This document shows, one piece after another, positions 52,501 through 64,000 of a DNA stretch of 64,000 bases. The DNA lies in NCBI GenBank assembly GCA_965637545.1, contig OZ281496.1, positions 26,350,001 through 26,414,000 of the forward strand, in the 5' to 3' direction. Origin of the DNA: Phallusia mammillata. Taxonomy: Eukaryota. Numbering within the stretch: position 1 is the first letter of the stretch; each line of letters starts with the position of its first letter. A program made the translations under genes and the position numbers. The notes under the pieces were generated by a model, which saw only the letters and a program-made list of their open reading frames with translations, was not told the origin of the DNA and made no database searches.

Positions 52501-54715
52501 TGTAAAAATTTCTAACTTTGAAGCTTGTATAATGGACATTAGTCTCCAAACGCCGATTAAAAGCTTGATAACTTTATGAAAACAAAATAATTTCAACTAA
52601 CCAAACCTTTTTATGCAGGATGCAAAATGTTAGTGAAAATGTGGAGGAAAAAGTTGCCAATGCTCTTGGACGCATCAAGTTGACCCACCGTTACCATAAC
52701 AACAAGCTGGTGGTGGTTGTTGTGCGAGCTGAGTGAGTACCACAGTTTTAATCACTTTTACAAACAAACACTTTGCATTGGCAACTGAATTACAGTCTGC
52801 CAAAGTGCTTTTAAAATCAACCGGTTATGTGAACCTGCATATAATTTTGTAGCGGTTCAAAACTTCAAATGCTTTAAAAATTGGGTTAGTGTCTATGTGT
52901 ATGATGTTCTTCTGCATAACAATATAAACTCTGTTGCAATAGCTTCTTTATTTTCTGTAAGGATAAAAATCTTCTTAAACTTGACCGGCAGCTTTGAGCA
53001 TTATGTTACCAAGGGGATGACATGGCAGTAAGCAAAAACATAAACCAGTAGTGTCTAAGTGGAAAAGTAGCAAGCTGTTCTTTTGTGCAAAAAGACAAAC
53101 TTTCTTGCATTTACATTATCACAATGCAACACACCATTTTTGTTAAGTAAATATTCTGCCATTTAGATCGTAAATAGTCAGAATTTCTATGCTAATTTAG
53201 AATATCTGATTTGTTCAGAAATCTTATAGTGTGTGATGTGGATAATGAAACATCGGATCCCTATGTTCGGATTTATCTGAACAATGATAAAGGCAAACGA
53301 AAGAAAACCAGAGTGATCAAGAACAACCTGGATCCTGTCTACGACCAGAAGTATGTAAAATAACTATAACACTTTTATGATTTGGCGAAACAGATTTCTA
53401 CTTAAAGCCATGCTTTGTAATCTAACTTAGACTTAATTGCAATTAGAAGTAAGTATGAAGCTTGACATATACAAGTAGAAACTTTAGGAAAAGTTTTCTG
53501 GACTTGCAACGCACCAGCAAATACAAGTTAATGAGAAAACTTGTTACTGAAGTTGTGTTTATTGATACAACAACAAAAAGCAACGAAACGAAACTGTTCG
53601 GCGACGCCCTTGGAAAAATTGAAACAACGCACCAGGGCGTCGCAGCACACAGTTTGAGAACTACTGAGCTACTTAAAAAAAAAACGTCAAATGTCAAATT
53701 GGGCCATGTGGCTGTCATAAGAGTCTGTTAATTAAAGACTATGTGATTTGCTCAAATCCACTGCTTAGTTAACTATAATGTATTTCTATAGTACTTTGAA
53801 TTTATTTGGGTTACAGGCTTGAGTTTGATGCTCCCTTGAGAGAACTTACTCATGGGAAACTCAATGTTACAGTGAAAAATCAAACAGGTTTTCTCTCATC
53901 TGAGAAGGTTTTGATGGGCCAGGTGACAATTGATTTGTCTGCAACTGACTTGAACCAACCAACAACACAATGGTCAGTGCATAAAGTAGTTAATGTTCAT
54001 AACGTAGTAATGTTGCAACAACAAGCTGTTGCTGCCAGGCATAACATATAAATGAGTATTGCTCTTCCGGCAGTTTTATCATAATAATCAATGTTTTGAC
54101 ATTCCATACGAGACGCCTTTATCAGGAAATGACATATATATCTAACTAGGTCTGAGACAAAGTCCTACAACAGTTTTTCTCCACAGTCACCTTCGGACAT
54201 ACAATATTTTTTAATCTCTACTGTTAATCTGTGAATATTTATGTTTAGGCACAATAGTTCAAGACCATAAAGGGTTGAAAAACACTAGTCATATCACATT
54301 TACAATGTCCACAATTTTTATTGCTTGTCTGGATGGGATTTGATTGATAGCAATGTAAAATTTGCTAAAAAACGGTTTGAGGTATTTGAATTCACATAAA
54401 AACCTAAAAGTTATGTTGTAGATTTGGTGTAGTTTGCCAATAAAGTCAATCATCAAGTTTGAATTTCCCCTTCTCTCAGCTTACAAGGATGTTTTGTGCG
54501 TTGCATTAGCAATAATGGTCTCTATTAGATTGAAAATCCATAACTTTGAGGCTAAATAATCAGATGACCGAATGACCCAAAGTGAAACTTAAAACAACAA
54601 TTTAGGTACCATTGACTAATACAATTTCCCGTCGCATGTACATGAACTACCACAAGTATGTTAAATTGCAAATGCTTTATGTAGGTATGCACTTCAGTTA
54701 ATGGAAGATACTTGA
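34501..54715 (+). CDS. ESYT: Extended synaptotagmin (TM hairpin, SMP domain, three C2 domains), ~23 exons
   Basis: In-frame exon chain from 34501-34685. It includes LPAW|IYFPDMEKAEWLNKMLQQLWP (36577-36666, 38608-38709), GVVRIHVIEAKNLEEKD (~42794), PVWEENF (~47782), SDPYVRIYL...KTRVIKNNLDPVYDQ (~53219) and a last exon 54685-54715 (WYALQLMEDT*). Head-to-head with TTLL15. Confidence 0.95.
35898..36290 (-). mobile_element. 5'-truncated Penelope-like retroelement: GIY-YIG C-terminus plus 3' hammerhead
   Basis: ORF remnant 36275-36093 (NHSINFSAAQVLVKETDYHKRSFLESWNIHSRANTMN...YRALL*) matches the pattern of PLE endonuclease C-termini. A hammerhead core lies ~120 nt downstream. Confidence 0.8.
35929..35976 (-). 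ncRNA. Minimal type I hammerhead ribozyme (GUC triplet)
   Basis: ATTATC-CTGATGA-A-GGCGTC-TTGTATAG-GACGTC-GAA-ACGT-C-GATTAT: full core, 6-bp stem II, palindromic stem III. Confidence 0.8.
43122..43155 (-). repeat. Degenerate hammerhead-like motif (CTGAAAA core), similar to the 13786 subfamily
   Basis: CTGAAAA-T-GACA-AAAAGAAAC-TGTC-GAAACGTT; G8 replaced by A. Confidence 0.45.
44555..44795 (-). mobile_element. Non-autonomous PLE-derived element with hammerhead core (44606-44641) and partial inverted arms
   Basis: CTGATGA-A-GGCGAC-CTGTATAG-GACGTC-GAAATGTC is near-identical to the 35929 motif. AACTTTAAAGAGCTCTT (left) matches the reverse complement of AAGAGCTCTAGAAAGTT (right). Confidence 0.72.
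45880..46080 (-). repeat. Degenerate copy of the 44555-44795 element
   Basis: CTTCTGGCAATTGTGTTTTTGCA...GTCCTATACAGGTCGC...TAAATAACACTGAA...CATGTCACAA aligns with 44580-44700; ribozyme core mutated. Confidence 0.75.
47263..47450 (-). repeat. Degenerate hammerhead copy (47263-47298) adjoining a fragment of the 95-540 repeat family
   Basis: CTGATGA-A-GGTATC-ATGTATGG-GATGTC-AAAACATT. 47352-47407 is the reverse complement of 487-540. Confidence 0.7.
50788..51007. mobile_element. Foldback/MITE with 84-bp TIRs enclosing a tRNA/SINE 3' fragment
   Basis: Arms 50788-50871 and 50924-51007 differ at 3 positions. The spacer (- strand) contains GTGGG-TTCGAAT-CCCAC (T-arm/B box) followed by TTTTT. Confidence 0.9.
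54024..54128 (-). repeat. Degenerate hammerhead-bearing element copy with adjacent 42-bp arm
   Basis: ATTGCTCTTCCGGCAG...GACGCCTTTATCAGG aligns with 35901-35971. AGCTGTTGCTGCCAGGCATAA is the reverse complement of the arm at 44775-44795. Confidence 0.7.
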
Positions 54716-56175
54716 AGCAAGTTGCACTTTAATTTGCCGCACTTCATGTTCCATTGTCAACGACATGTCCACTGGATGTTTATTTTGATGCTACATCGTA
54801 TATTCTGTTGCAAATTTGCACTCTGTTGCTGATTGATTTAAGTATTAATGTGCGAATAAGCCACTGAATCTGTAAACATGTTTAATACTTCGAATATTTT
54901 TTTTACGTTTTAAGGTTGCTATTAGATATTTTCTGTAACTACAAATAATAGTGTTTATTTTTGGTAACTTTTTTCCGGAAAATGCTGTTTTTTATCCTAA
55001 AACCACATAAACAGGGTATAATGTTACAGCTATGGGGTTTATTATATGTGTTCCATGTTTATTTAATTGCCTTTGTATAACATTTGTGCTAATCCAATTA
55101 GGGCTATATTCATGATAACTGAGTACTTAACACAATAGGTGCCTTGATATGTGCTAGTAACAGTTGTTTTGCAAAAACGTTTTAAAAACTACAACAATAA
55201 TGGCTTGCATCACACAAATTTTTGAACAGTGCCAATTCATATTTTGACAAACCATTGGAATTGTAAATGCTAACGTTTGTATGATTTCTGTATAGTTTAT
55301 GTTCAAACATAGGTTAAGGTAACAAATTATCTGTTTTCTGACTGAATTAAGCTAAGAAATGAAACATACGCTGAATCACTGTGCTTGACTGATTGGAACG
55401 GTGAAAATTTGTTTATCAGTTTTATCTTGGTGTTATTTGTTCTGTTTAAAGTTACTGATTGTCCTGTTTTACTGCGGTTCACTCACCCCATTTTAGGCGG
55501 CATAATTCTAGCACTTAATCTGGATGTAAAAGATATGATTCTAGGCTATACATTTTGGCTCTGTAAAATAAAAACTTTACTTAAACTTGGCTATTTTTTT
55601 GGAATTTGTTTATCATTGTTTTTTATATTTCATTAATATCTTCAACATATAGTGCTAAACCTTTTTTCTTTGTTGTATCCATTGCCACTTATAAATTTTG
55701 CCTGGTGATTATTGTGCTTCTCTGTAAACCCATACACAAACTGATGTGTGGTTGCTAAGCAACAGTTATATATGTCGTACTTACCAATGGCAGAGAAAAC
55801 AATTCCCTTGTATCTGTATCACACACTGCTGACTGCCTAGTGTACTGATATTGAGCAAATGGTGTTTTAATCACAACAATATTGCCATAACATTACCTGT
55901 CTCATACTTGCTCCTGTATAAAGAGAAGAGTAAAATTAACAGTTATACCTTGTTTTTTTTTTCATTTTGAATTGTTGGATAAACTCTATAATGTGTAATG
56001 TGTGCCTGCATAATGTAATTTTTCATCGTTAAATGCTGTATAGTTTAACTGATTTGCTTTACAATTTCTATTCTTTACCAATAAACTGATTTCTGTTTAA
56101 CTGACACACAAGGAAAAATTTAATCAACAAAAAATCGTCGAATTCTGACATTTCATTAAACAAGCGAACTGCAAA

Positions 56176-59100
56176 CTAACAAAAAGATATTTCTGTGCCA
56201 TCCACATCAAAAAGATTGAAGAAATAATCATCGTCAGTCTCCGAACCATTTCCGATAATTTTCTGTGCCAAAACAGAAATAAAGTAAATGCAAAGAATGA
56301 AGGTATACAACCTAAACCCCACATAACAAAGTGACCCCATTTTGTCGCTAATGAACAACACTTACTATTCTGACCAGCATTTTAAAACTTGAAGGGAAGA
56401 ATTTTCTTTAATTAGTTCATGTGGTTTGCAAATAGACATTAGCTCTGGGAATATAACCTGTGAAGTTGACAAATGGCCCAACTTTAAATCTACTGTGTAG
56501 TCTTTTCAAGAGAAATGAAAATGCTTGGAACTGTTAAGTGAAGATTTCGTCAATAAAGGTTGGGATTCACCGAGTTAATGTAACAGCATTGTTATGCCAA
56601 ACAAAAACTTTGTCTATTTATTTGTCGGCACCTACACCTTACTGGGGGTTGCATTAGTTTTTCAAGAGTCATATTTGCATTGTCTTTTAGTAGCAAATAG
56701 TATTCTAAAAAACATTCCTTACTTTTGATGGTACCATTAGCAGACCAGGAGAGCAAATGGAAGTAGCTTCCTCTTTCTAAATACAAAAAAGTAGTAAATA
56801 AAGATTTACAGTTTTACTTTGACAAGTATCTTAGCGACATACAACCTGGTTGTTTTCAAGGTGCCTTTCGTTGCTGCAAAGCAAAGATATTTTTTAATTG
56901 CAAAGAATATGAAAACAATTGAAATCACACTTTAAAGCATCTACCTAAAGGGGTGCACTGCTCTGGATATGGACGCACCACTGCTTCCACAGTTCATCAC
57001 AGTTTTTTGTTTTCGTCCTACCTGCAATTAAAGTGCATTTATTTTAAGTAAAGCTGCCGATACATGTACCAAAAGGCCAATAAGTTTCACAACTCATCCA
57101 ATTGAAATTGAAATACAAAGGATTTTTACATACCCTTGGTTTTCTGGTCTTTCGGTTTGTCTTTTTTGTTTTGAAATTTTCTTTGTCATTAAAGTCCGTT
57201 GCATAACATTGGTAGTCATCATCAATCTAAACATTTGAAAAAGCATGTTATCTGACAGTGCAAAATAAATCCCTCAGCTAACACTACCTGTCCTGGAAAA
57301 CTCCTTTCCTCGTTGAACTGATGCTGATACTTTGTGCTTTGTCTGGTTAAAGCATTTGTTATTGTTTAAAATTTTCTATCTGTTAAAAAATCATCTGGCT
57401 ATACTTCACACCTGTGTTTAGGGGCATAGGGCACATAATCATGCTGTTTGGTCTCTGGATTTCTGTTATGTTTGCCGACAGAAGGTTGTTGCACTGGAAA
57501 TACATAACATGTGCTCATATTTATGTAGAATTAAAAGGTGAAGTATAAGTAGTTGTTTAAAAAACTCGCTAGACAGACTGTTGCTATCATGAATATACAA
57601 CAGGTATACATATGTTTGACACCCTTATGCTATAAACGAACAATGTTCTGGGCTATAGCTGTAAAATATTTGCCTAATGTTTTACACTGAATTGGCTTAC
57701 ACCTTTGCAGACCCAGTGGTGCCTTACTTATAATACAGTTTCAAAATTGAAAACCCTTTAAAAAAATACATGTGGTAAAGGGCTGCACCTAATGTTATGC
57801 ACTGCCTCAAATTTAACCCACCAACAAACGGAACAACTTCTGGGCGAAGTTATAATAAAGCTACAGACTAGTAACCATATTACAGTACCTGTAGGTGAAA
57901 AACAGGTTTGGGATTCCTTAGCAGTAAAGATTCTTGGTGAATATTGAGTTGCCATTTCTGTGCAAATTGGTTTTTGGTTACAAAGATGCTCTTTTAGCAC
58001 AAGAACATCTTGTCTCCAGCATTCCTTAACAACAAAGTCAGAACTGGTTACATCTTGACTAATACTAATGGGAATCTTGTTTATTACAACTGTAAAACAT
58101 TGCATGTGAATTATGTTGACATTGTGAAGCATACTTTTCTATGAAAAGATTTAAAACATTAGGTATATTCAAGTACAAAAAAGCTAGGTCAACTTGAACA
58201 TTTGCAATTCAGATTTCATCACTGTTTGCGCTATTACAGGGCTTATATAAAATTTTCCCTAACAGTTTAATACCTGTACAGCAGATACCATAGATGCCTC
58301 ATGTTCTGCTATTGATTTTTGATGATTTTCAAACTGTTTTTCCAGAGCTTGTAATTTTTCCAAGCATGCTTCCAAGTTTGTGTCCAATTTTTTCATCTAA
58401 AACAAAACAACTCTACTTACAGGCATATTAAACTGTTTGCTTTTCAAGATAACATACCTGTATATTGTTATTTTCCACTAGTTTGTCAATAGAGATATCT
58501 TCAGCCAGTTTCTGAACTGTAGTTAAAGGAAAGATAAACAGAGAGGTGGTAGTGTATTTTAGTAATTGGAGTTTCTTATTGCACTTACATTTTGCTATCA
58601 AAGTTGCAGTCTGAGCTTCTTGTTTTTCATTCAATTGTGTAGCCATCATGTTTGCCTCTTCACAACATTGTTTAGCAGACAACAGAAAGTTTTGCAGCAT
58701 TTCCCTGCACACAATAGCAAGTATGTCGTTTAAATGTTATTACATGAACAACCATTTCTATTGGATTCATCTTGCTTTGTGCTTTTATCCTGATGTATGG
58801 TTTTCATACCTTTATGGCCATAAATTACACTATTTCAGAGTGATTTATATGGCATAAAATTTAAATAGCATAAGATATATATAAGGATTGTGTTTAGGTT
58901 GACTTAAACTAATACAATCTAACCTTTCCTCTTTTTCTTTGGCAACCTTCTCAGCCTCTTCGATGTACTGTCTGTAATCAGGTTTCATGTCTGAATCCAT
59001 GGAATAAAAACCTGATCGACTCCAGGGGGCATTTGGATTTCTCTTTGGTTTAAAGCTGGGTGCTCTTGGATTCCAACTACAGCTTTCCTGCAAGTAATAA

Positions 59101-59771
59101 AAAAGTTGAAGAAAACTGAACGGATATTGCACATGACAATCCATATTAACAGACTTTATTTTTATTCCAAAGTAAAAGGAAACGGTTCAATTGAAAAGAA
59201 ACCTGTGATTGTGATGAAGGAAAATTTTGGGAATCATCCATCATTTGTGAATCGCTTGGTGTAGACAACTCACTGCTTATATTAAATGCCATTTGATCAT
59301 TCATCTTTTTGGCCCTCTGTTCCTTCTGTACAAATAATTTTAGAATGAAAAATTCACCTCAAAATGTTTGTGCAAATTGTGTTACCCTTTTGCTTTGATA
59401 CAATTGAAGAGTTTGGTTTGATGACTTGTAGCTGTTCCAGAATGAGCCTTTTCTAGACGAATTCATTTCAACGTTTGGCTGACCAACTCTATGATAAAAC
59501 ACATGAGCAATTTTGGATGAAAAGGAAGATGCATAAAGTGCGAGCAAAAACGTTTTTATGTTTGCAAAAGTTGTAAGAATGAATGTGGTATTATAAACTT
59601 TGTCTGCATTCATGAATGCATGAATTGTGCACAATGGAATGCACAACTTCATGCGTACGACTAATATTAGCAGTTATATATTTTAAAACAGCGGTTATCA
59701 GTTATAGTAATAGTAAAAGGCACTCACCCAAAGTTTGAATTAAAAAAGGAGTTAATTTTGCGCTGAGACAT
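56176..59771 (-). CDS. Multi-exon coiled-coil protein, candidate IHO1/CCDC36 (Mer2)-like; some internal 3' junctions unresolved
   Basis: In-frame chain from 59771-59728 (MSQRKINSFFNSNFG): SDSQMMDDSQNFPSSQSQES; YRQYIEEAEKVAKEKEEREMLQNFLLSAKQ; heptads to LEKLQALEKQFENHQKSIAEHEASM; basic patch KTKKTNRKTRKPR; acidic end GSETDDDYFFNLFDVDGTEISFC*. Gene presence is well supported; the identity call is about 0.45. Confidence 0.75.
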
Positions 59772-61530
59772 GACTCTTTTGATTTTACGTAACTTTAAAC
59801 TATTTCCTGTAAACAGCAGCTAACTGTCTTTGCAGCAGTTGTCACGTGACCCAATCGTCTGTTCGGCAGAAAACAATAACAACAAATCCTCAAAGTTTTT
59901 GAATATCGTTTGATGTTTGTTGATGTCAAAAATATGTACCTTGCTTATCTCAATAGCAATCTTTCTTTATTGTTGAGATTTAACAAAAATCATTCTTCAG
60001 GCGTCATTTAAACATGTAGGATCTAATTTGGTGAAACGCATCAGGCTAATCAGTGCCGTCGCGTTTTGCTGGTGGCTGGTTTGCGGGCAAGTCGATCAGG
60101 CTACTGGCAACGAGCAATTTAACAGCAAAAACACTTTACGGAGTTGCTTGTGTGTGCTAAAGTTGAAGTTGTGATGGTTAAATCAATAAAAGTTATAGGT
60201 TAGGCTACTCTAAATAGATTGGTTAACCATGTGAGTTTGTAGTAGGCTGTGTTACAATTATGATGATAAATTTATGATTGGCATTTAACATGTAACAAGA
60301 AGTATGTCTGACACCACCAGGAAACATGTCATGGAATGTATCATGTGATTCTGGAAGAAAATCTCAACGGTTTCAAGGCAGGTTAGTAGTCTAGGCTACT
60401 TAAGCTCCACTAGGCTAGGGTAGGCTATATTAGGCCTTAGCCTTGCTAGCCTATGTGTTTTGAACGGAAAGTGAATTATTTTCATAACTCCGACATGGTG
60501 CGTACTGTGTTTAGATACATATACGCCTGACTGTAGTGCCGCCCCTAAACAAAACTTTTAGCTTTTAGCTGACTTTGCTGGTCCTACATACACAATTCTA
60601 ACTAAAGCTGTAATGCACATTTTTAACTTCCAGTATCCACACAATGAAACCTGTTTTTAAAAGAGTTTTTTGGCGCTTGCTAATGTTTGCAGCCTTAGAG
60701 CTTCTATTTCATCCACGTTTTTTCGTGCTTTTTTAACTTGACTCCCATACGCAATCTGCCCTTTTTTGCAAACCATGTTACACAATTATTTAACCGCAGA
60801 GAAACTGTGGGTTCAGTTGTTAAATTATAAAGGTAGCCAAGTTTGACGCATGGGCGAAAGCGTATTTTATGAAACACATCTGGCTAATCAGCGTATTTTG
60901 CTGGAGGCCGGTTTACGGGCGTAGGCAAGGCTACAAAACATTTGCGACAGGGACTCAAGTCCAAAGCGTTTTTCAAGTTAATAGTTTCCCATGTGCGTGC
61001 AAGCAAGGCAGAAACTTTATGGCAATCCTGCTTGTCCTGAAGCAGCACGACATACCAATGATGAAATTACGGCGTTTGATAAGTTACTGTATTATGTTTT
61101 TGTTAGGGTGATCGATATGATTGGCACTAAACTTGGAAAAGAAAGTGCGACTGACCGACGCCAGAAGCAGGAAATTGTTAGGATAAGATAAAGTATACGA
61201 GAACAGGAATTTAGAAATAAGTTAACCTTTTTATGTTAGCTAATAAGTGCTCATTTGTACATGTCAAAAGCTGCATGGTTTGTCATGCCTTTCCTTTAAT
61301 AATTAGTAGTCCTAATCAATATTTTAACATATGCCTACTGTATTTTGGAACCATAGCTAATAAATATACTTTGGAACACTTTTAGCCGAATTTTCGTGCG
61401 TAACCTATTAATGCATTGAAATCAGCGTGTATGCTACCTAATACACGAAAGGCCTTAATATATAACGAATGTTTTTACCCGTCGCAACTCGACGATTCTT
61501 ACAACTTGTCTTTGCCCTCAGTCGGCTATC

Positions 61531-61544
61531 GTTGCCATGGCAAC
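61531..61544. promoter_or_regulatory. RFX X-box
   Basis: Perfect palindrome GTTGCCATGGCAAC matching the GTTNCCATGGNAAC consensus. Confidence 0.8.
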
Positions 61545-61569
61545 GAGGAACGACGTGAAGGAGATAAAC

Positions 61570-61626
61570 ATGGCAGATTGGGAGGAAGGAACACCAAAAG
61601 CAGAAACCAATAAAAGTTATTCTTCG
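61570..61626 (+). CDS. First coding exon of an unidentified, probably ciliary gene continuing rightwards
   Basis: AAACATGG start, MADWEEGTPKAETNKSYSS, strong phase-0 donor GTAAGT at 61627. In-frame upstream ATG at 61537 lies inside the X-box. Downstream exons were not resolved. Confidence 0.55.
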
Positions 61627-61690
61627 GTAAGTTTTGTAACTGTTTAATTTCCTTCGGCCATCGTACTTTGTAAGCTGGCTTATCTTCCAG

Positions 61691-61732
61691 GCCAGTGGTT
61701 CTTAACCGAGGTTCGATCGAACCCCAGGGGTT
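61691..61732. mobile_element. MITE terminal fragment
   Basis: CAGTGGTTCTTAACC-GAGGTTCGATCGAACCCCAGGGGTTC resembles hAT-MITE ends; no partner TIR found. Confidence 0.55.
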
Positions 61733-62473
61733 CAATATACTCGTTTTTGTCAAAGTTTATGGTATATAGTCGCTAAAAACGGCAATTTGTATTCGCTCAA
61801 TATCAAAACACTGGAAGGTTAAACTTAGGCAGGGGTGTTTTAAACTGCTCTAAACAGTTTTTGTGGTATTAAAAAGAGTATTACCAGCCTAATAACCATA
61901 TGTGTCAGACATTTTGTACGCCTATTGTATGCCAACAATACAGGTACCACAATATAGATTATGACATCATAAACACTTAAGACTGATCTCCTCGCTGTGC
62001 AGCTCAATCTATGCACCGAGCTAGAGATTAGTTTGGTTTTTTGGGCGTTATTAGATGGTAAATACATGATATAAACCAAGTATTTTAAAACAAAAATAAC
62101 CAGGCGAATGGCGGCCGTTGGTGAAATAAGAATCTGCGGCGTGGCCGTCCCAGCAAAATGGTTGTGCAACCCTGCACTAAGGTTTTATGTTCTTTTTTTG
62201 GCGTAACAAAGAGCATTGGTCGCATTGTTCGCATGCAGAAAAACAACGAAATTTTGTTGGCAGCAAAAATATATTACTTCATCTTTTTCATGTTTGTGTA
62301 CATGCAGATGCTAAAAATCCAATGCTTCATTTTGGTAAAAACTAAAAATTGCCGTGAAACAAGTTGCTTGTATTATGATGTCAGAATTTAACAAAATGAC
62401 AACAGTAACTGTTGCCACTACCATTGAACAAAAACTAATTATGACCCACCAAACCATCCCACCTGAAGATTTT

Positions 62474-62553
62474 CTAGTCTGTGCCGTGCCATATGGGAAT
62501 GCTTGGGAAACCGGCTTGATTCAGCATCACGCTTTTAATAGGCCTGGCATACT
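62474..62553. repeat. Diverged solo arm of the 50788-51007 foldback family
   Basis: CTAGTCTGTGCCGTGCCATATGGGAATGCTTGGGAAACC...TTTAATAGGCCTGGCATACT aligns with 50924-51002. Confidence 0.8.
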
Positions 62554-64000
62554 ACTATTTACAGTTTAATACACATTATATTCCACATGATAACTGAATA
62601 TATATTGCTATACTGAGTATGTGAAAACGTTACATTTTAAACATTAAAAAAAAACTGTAATATAAGGGTCAAGGTAATTTCCAACGCATTGATTCTGTGT
62701 CCATCAGTTCAGAGTATTCCAGCGTCTGTTTTTGTATAGCCACTGCAATCAAATATAAAAATTAACCCTAACGTACGTCCTTTTTTGGTAACATGTCCTT
62801 CTTTTAACGAAAAGTAACTTGCCCCCCGAGGACAAAAAATAAGCCCAATTACCGTTCTTTAGTGGCATTTTTATCATTACAACTATTAGGCAAATTAAAC
62901 CATTCAAAATGCATAGATAACTCACACTTACGCGAGTTTCATTAATGTTTACTGACATTAACTTTATCTCAACTGGGCGATTTAAACTGACAATTTTAGG
63001 GTATATATATATGTGTGCTCTTTTTAGTAAAAAAATATGGGCGTAGAATAAGAAGATGAACAGAAAATTGTAAAAAGGTCTCTGACTTACATTTCAAGAA
63101 TTCCACTCTTGCTTCTAGGCGTTCTACCTCGCTCTTAAAGTTTTCGGCCTTTTCTGCAGCCTAAAAAATGTCGTAAAACTTGAAGTAAAAGCTGATGCAA
63201 AACTTTCCTAATTTAATCATTTTCAATGGTTGGAAATAATATTACCTCGCTGTATACTACTTTTGTCATTTTTCAACTCCTTTTCCGTGTTTATTAATTC
63301 CATCCGTTTTATATCCCGCTAGATATGTTGAAAACATAGGCACAGCATTACTTTACACGGGGGTATCAAACTTAAATCTATTTGTTGGCCATCGTGTATG
63401 TAGTATCTATGTTTTACATTACAGCAAACGTTGCAGCAAAACGCATTATATAGAAATCTAGATAAAGTATAGTTTTCGTGTTATTTGCATCGACAAAAAA
63501 TTGTGGTGTTAAGATAACCAACCGACAAGCAAAAAAATAGTAAAATACAACACAACAAAAGAACTAGCTTTCGCTATCACGATTTTTCGAAAATAATGAC
63601 AAATGTGATGCAAAATCTGATTCTCAAAAAATAAAGGCTATCCAACACGAAGACATTGCACCCATTGTCAGCTGTATCTGCTTATTATATGCACATTCAT
63701 TTAAAAATCCAGAACTTAACTTTTTTAAATACTTTGCCTCAAAAAACGGAAAGCTGCGTGTTTGAGACCCCATGCTTTAGGAAATATGTTGTTAGGTTTT
63801 GTATTAAACCAGTGTTTTCCTTATTTGTTTTGTGATTTTATTTTTTACGACTTCCCGACTTGTTTGCAAATGTTGACGCCGACGCTGAGAAACAATTGGT
63901 TTAAACCGAATCATTGTTCCGTGAGTTTCCCTGGTTGAGATAACATAACTTGCCTGTCCGGCTCCAGTTCGAAATCCATCGTTGCACTAAAAAAGTAAAG

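Noticed and set aside
60869-61191. Overlapping short + strand ORFs between the IHO1-like and X-box genes
   Set aside because: No motif, no splice support, and non-ATG or weak starts.

Overview
Eukaryotic, AT-rich, intron-dense animal genomic DNA with a compact gene layout. It is plausibly an ascidian or similar marine invertebrate; this is inference and cannot be confirmed from the sequence alone. The ORF track is mostly uninformative, so gene models were rebuilt by hand from GT/AG sites and reading phase. Left to right: (1) two tandem, intact 425-aa GT10 alpha-1,3/4-fucosyltransferase paralogues; (2) three secreted triple-ShKT genes, every domain carrying an extra flanking Cys pair; (3) two tandem paralogues of an uncharacterised ABM-like (dimeric alpha/beta-barrel-like) protein interleaved with the ShKT genes; (4) a TTLL15-type tubulin-tyrosine-ligase-family gene with an N-terminal signal anchor; (5) a 20-kb extended synaptotagmin gene; (6) a coiled-coil gene resembling meiotic IHO1/Mer2; (7) the first exon of a gene with a perfect RFX X-box. 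Non-coding DNA contains hAT-type MITEs, a tRNA-fragment foldback element, a minisatellite and a truncated Penelope-like element. It also holds at least eight hammerhead-ribozyme-like motifs, several enclosed by inverted repeats, one in the sense strand of a ShKT intron. Family assignments come from motif recognition only; no database search was run.
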